Positions 63,101 through 64,000 of a stretch of 64,000 bases of DNA are shown piece by piece. The translations under genes and the position numbers were made by a program. Below the pieces are notes generated by a model that was not told the DNA's origin, did no database searches, and saw nothing but the letters and a program-made list of their open reading frames with translations. How positions within the stretch are numbered: position 1 is the stretch's first letter; every line of letters starts with the position of its first letter. The stretch spans positions 1 through 64,000 of the forward strand of contig NW_026863975.1 in the NCBI RefSeq assembly GCF_026571515.1. Reading direction: 5' to 3'. The stretch is from Ruditapes philippinarum. Its lineage: Eukaryota.

Positions 63101-64000
63101 AGCATGCCTGACCCTAACATTTACAGCAGAAGATTTTTGGACAAAATATTGCTCGAAAAGAATGTGTTAATTATACTTGATGGGTTGGATGAATGGATGC
63201 ACCCAGAAAACTGCGAACACATGGGTGATGTTATTCCCCATCGACGGCATTGGCCTAACTGCACAATTCTCACTTCAACACGTCCATGGAAACTTTATTC
63301 ATCAAAAATTCAAAACAGTCAAATCGATATGCTATCTGAGCTTCTTGAATTCGACGAGACAAAATCAAACCAGTTATTAGCGTCAGCACTGAAGTTATTT
63401 AATAGAGCGTATATGACTTCAAAAAAGGTAGAAGACTTTCGAACCGCTGTGTCATCTCTAAAAGTCGATGTTTTAAGGTCAATACCTTACATATTTTTAC
63501 AATTGATTTGCCTGTGGTTCGACGACTATACAATAGGAAATTCTCAATGTCAGATCTATAGCAACACTATAGAACTCAATCTTGTTCGAGGTAAGAGCTT
63601 TACAGACGTGACTGTCACAGAAACTGCCTCAAATGAAAGTGTTAATCATCCTGTATGCTTGTCAGCAAATAAAGAGTGTTTGCATCACTACCAGCAACTT
63701 TTAAGGCTTGGGAAATTAGCATTTGAAACACTTACCAGTGGGAGAAACGAATCAGCACTTATATTTGATGACCATATTGTAAACAAATTTATCTCAACCG
63801 ATGAGCAACGTTTTCTTTTAAACAAAGGATTGTTATCCCAGAATAAAGACTTTAGAAAGGTTTCAGAAAGAAAGAGTAACTTTTCGTTTCAGCATAAAAC
63901 CATTCAGGAATATTTCGCTGCACTGTATATTCAGTCGAGTCCACATAATCCTGATTTAAAAAAGCGTCTTCTTACGGAATACAGTACATTGGAATCCATT
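60156..64000 (+). pseudogene. Paralogous NLR copy; exons 60156-60692, 60953-61111, 61418-61736, 62189-62260, 62684->64000; 35-bp frameshift deletion at 62860/62861
   Basis: Same exons and splice sites as the minus-strand gene. tatgttcatacaaagatctattcctttccggtaaa is missing, giving a stop at 62965-62967. The original NACHT frame (AKAGVGKTS, ILDGLDEW, FQHKTIQEYFAA) is still readable downstream. Confidence 0.85.
62454..62512. repeat. 2 x 30-bp tandem duplication in the paralog's intron 4
   Basis: aaccactagataaattt(a/t)atgtttctctt occurs twice. Confidence 0.8.

Larger units (their letters stand above)
59393..64000 (+). repeat. Inverted segmental duplication of ~22869-27767 (continues past the window end)
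   Basis: Exons, introns and the upstream region all align in reverse complement. Confidence 0.95.

Overview
This is AT-rich, intron-containing animal genomic DNA. The SINE, MITE and satellite families and the gene types point to a bivalve mollusc, probably a venerid clam (inference). The main feature is a six-coding-exon NLR-type gene on the minus strand (21103-26994, 1269 aa by my splice model). It has a Cys-rich DUF4559/CXorf38-like N-terminal domain, a NACHT domain, an LRR-like region and a last exon, missed by the ORF track, that adds a C-terminal transmembrane tail anchor. An inverted, head-to-head paralog starts at about 59393 and runs off the window end. That copy has a 35-bp frameshifting deletion just before the P-loop. 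A relic of a third, older paralogous exon lies at about 11.1 kb. Other content: a disrupted HSPA12-family gene (5136-8415) whose second intron holds a Penelope-like retroelement fragment with a hammerhead ribozyme; an element carrying a ~145-bp satellite rich in nuclear-receptor response elements; a ~9-kb direct duplication that may be partly an assembly artefact, with a Helentron-type insertion in one copy only; a 2.5-kb foldback element with CAC termini and a 5-bp TSD; and several MITEs, tRNA-derived SINEs and tandem repeats. Most short ORFs in the ORF track are spurious. All coordinates and alignments were read by eye and no database searches were run.
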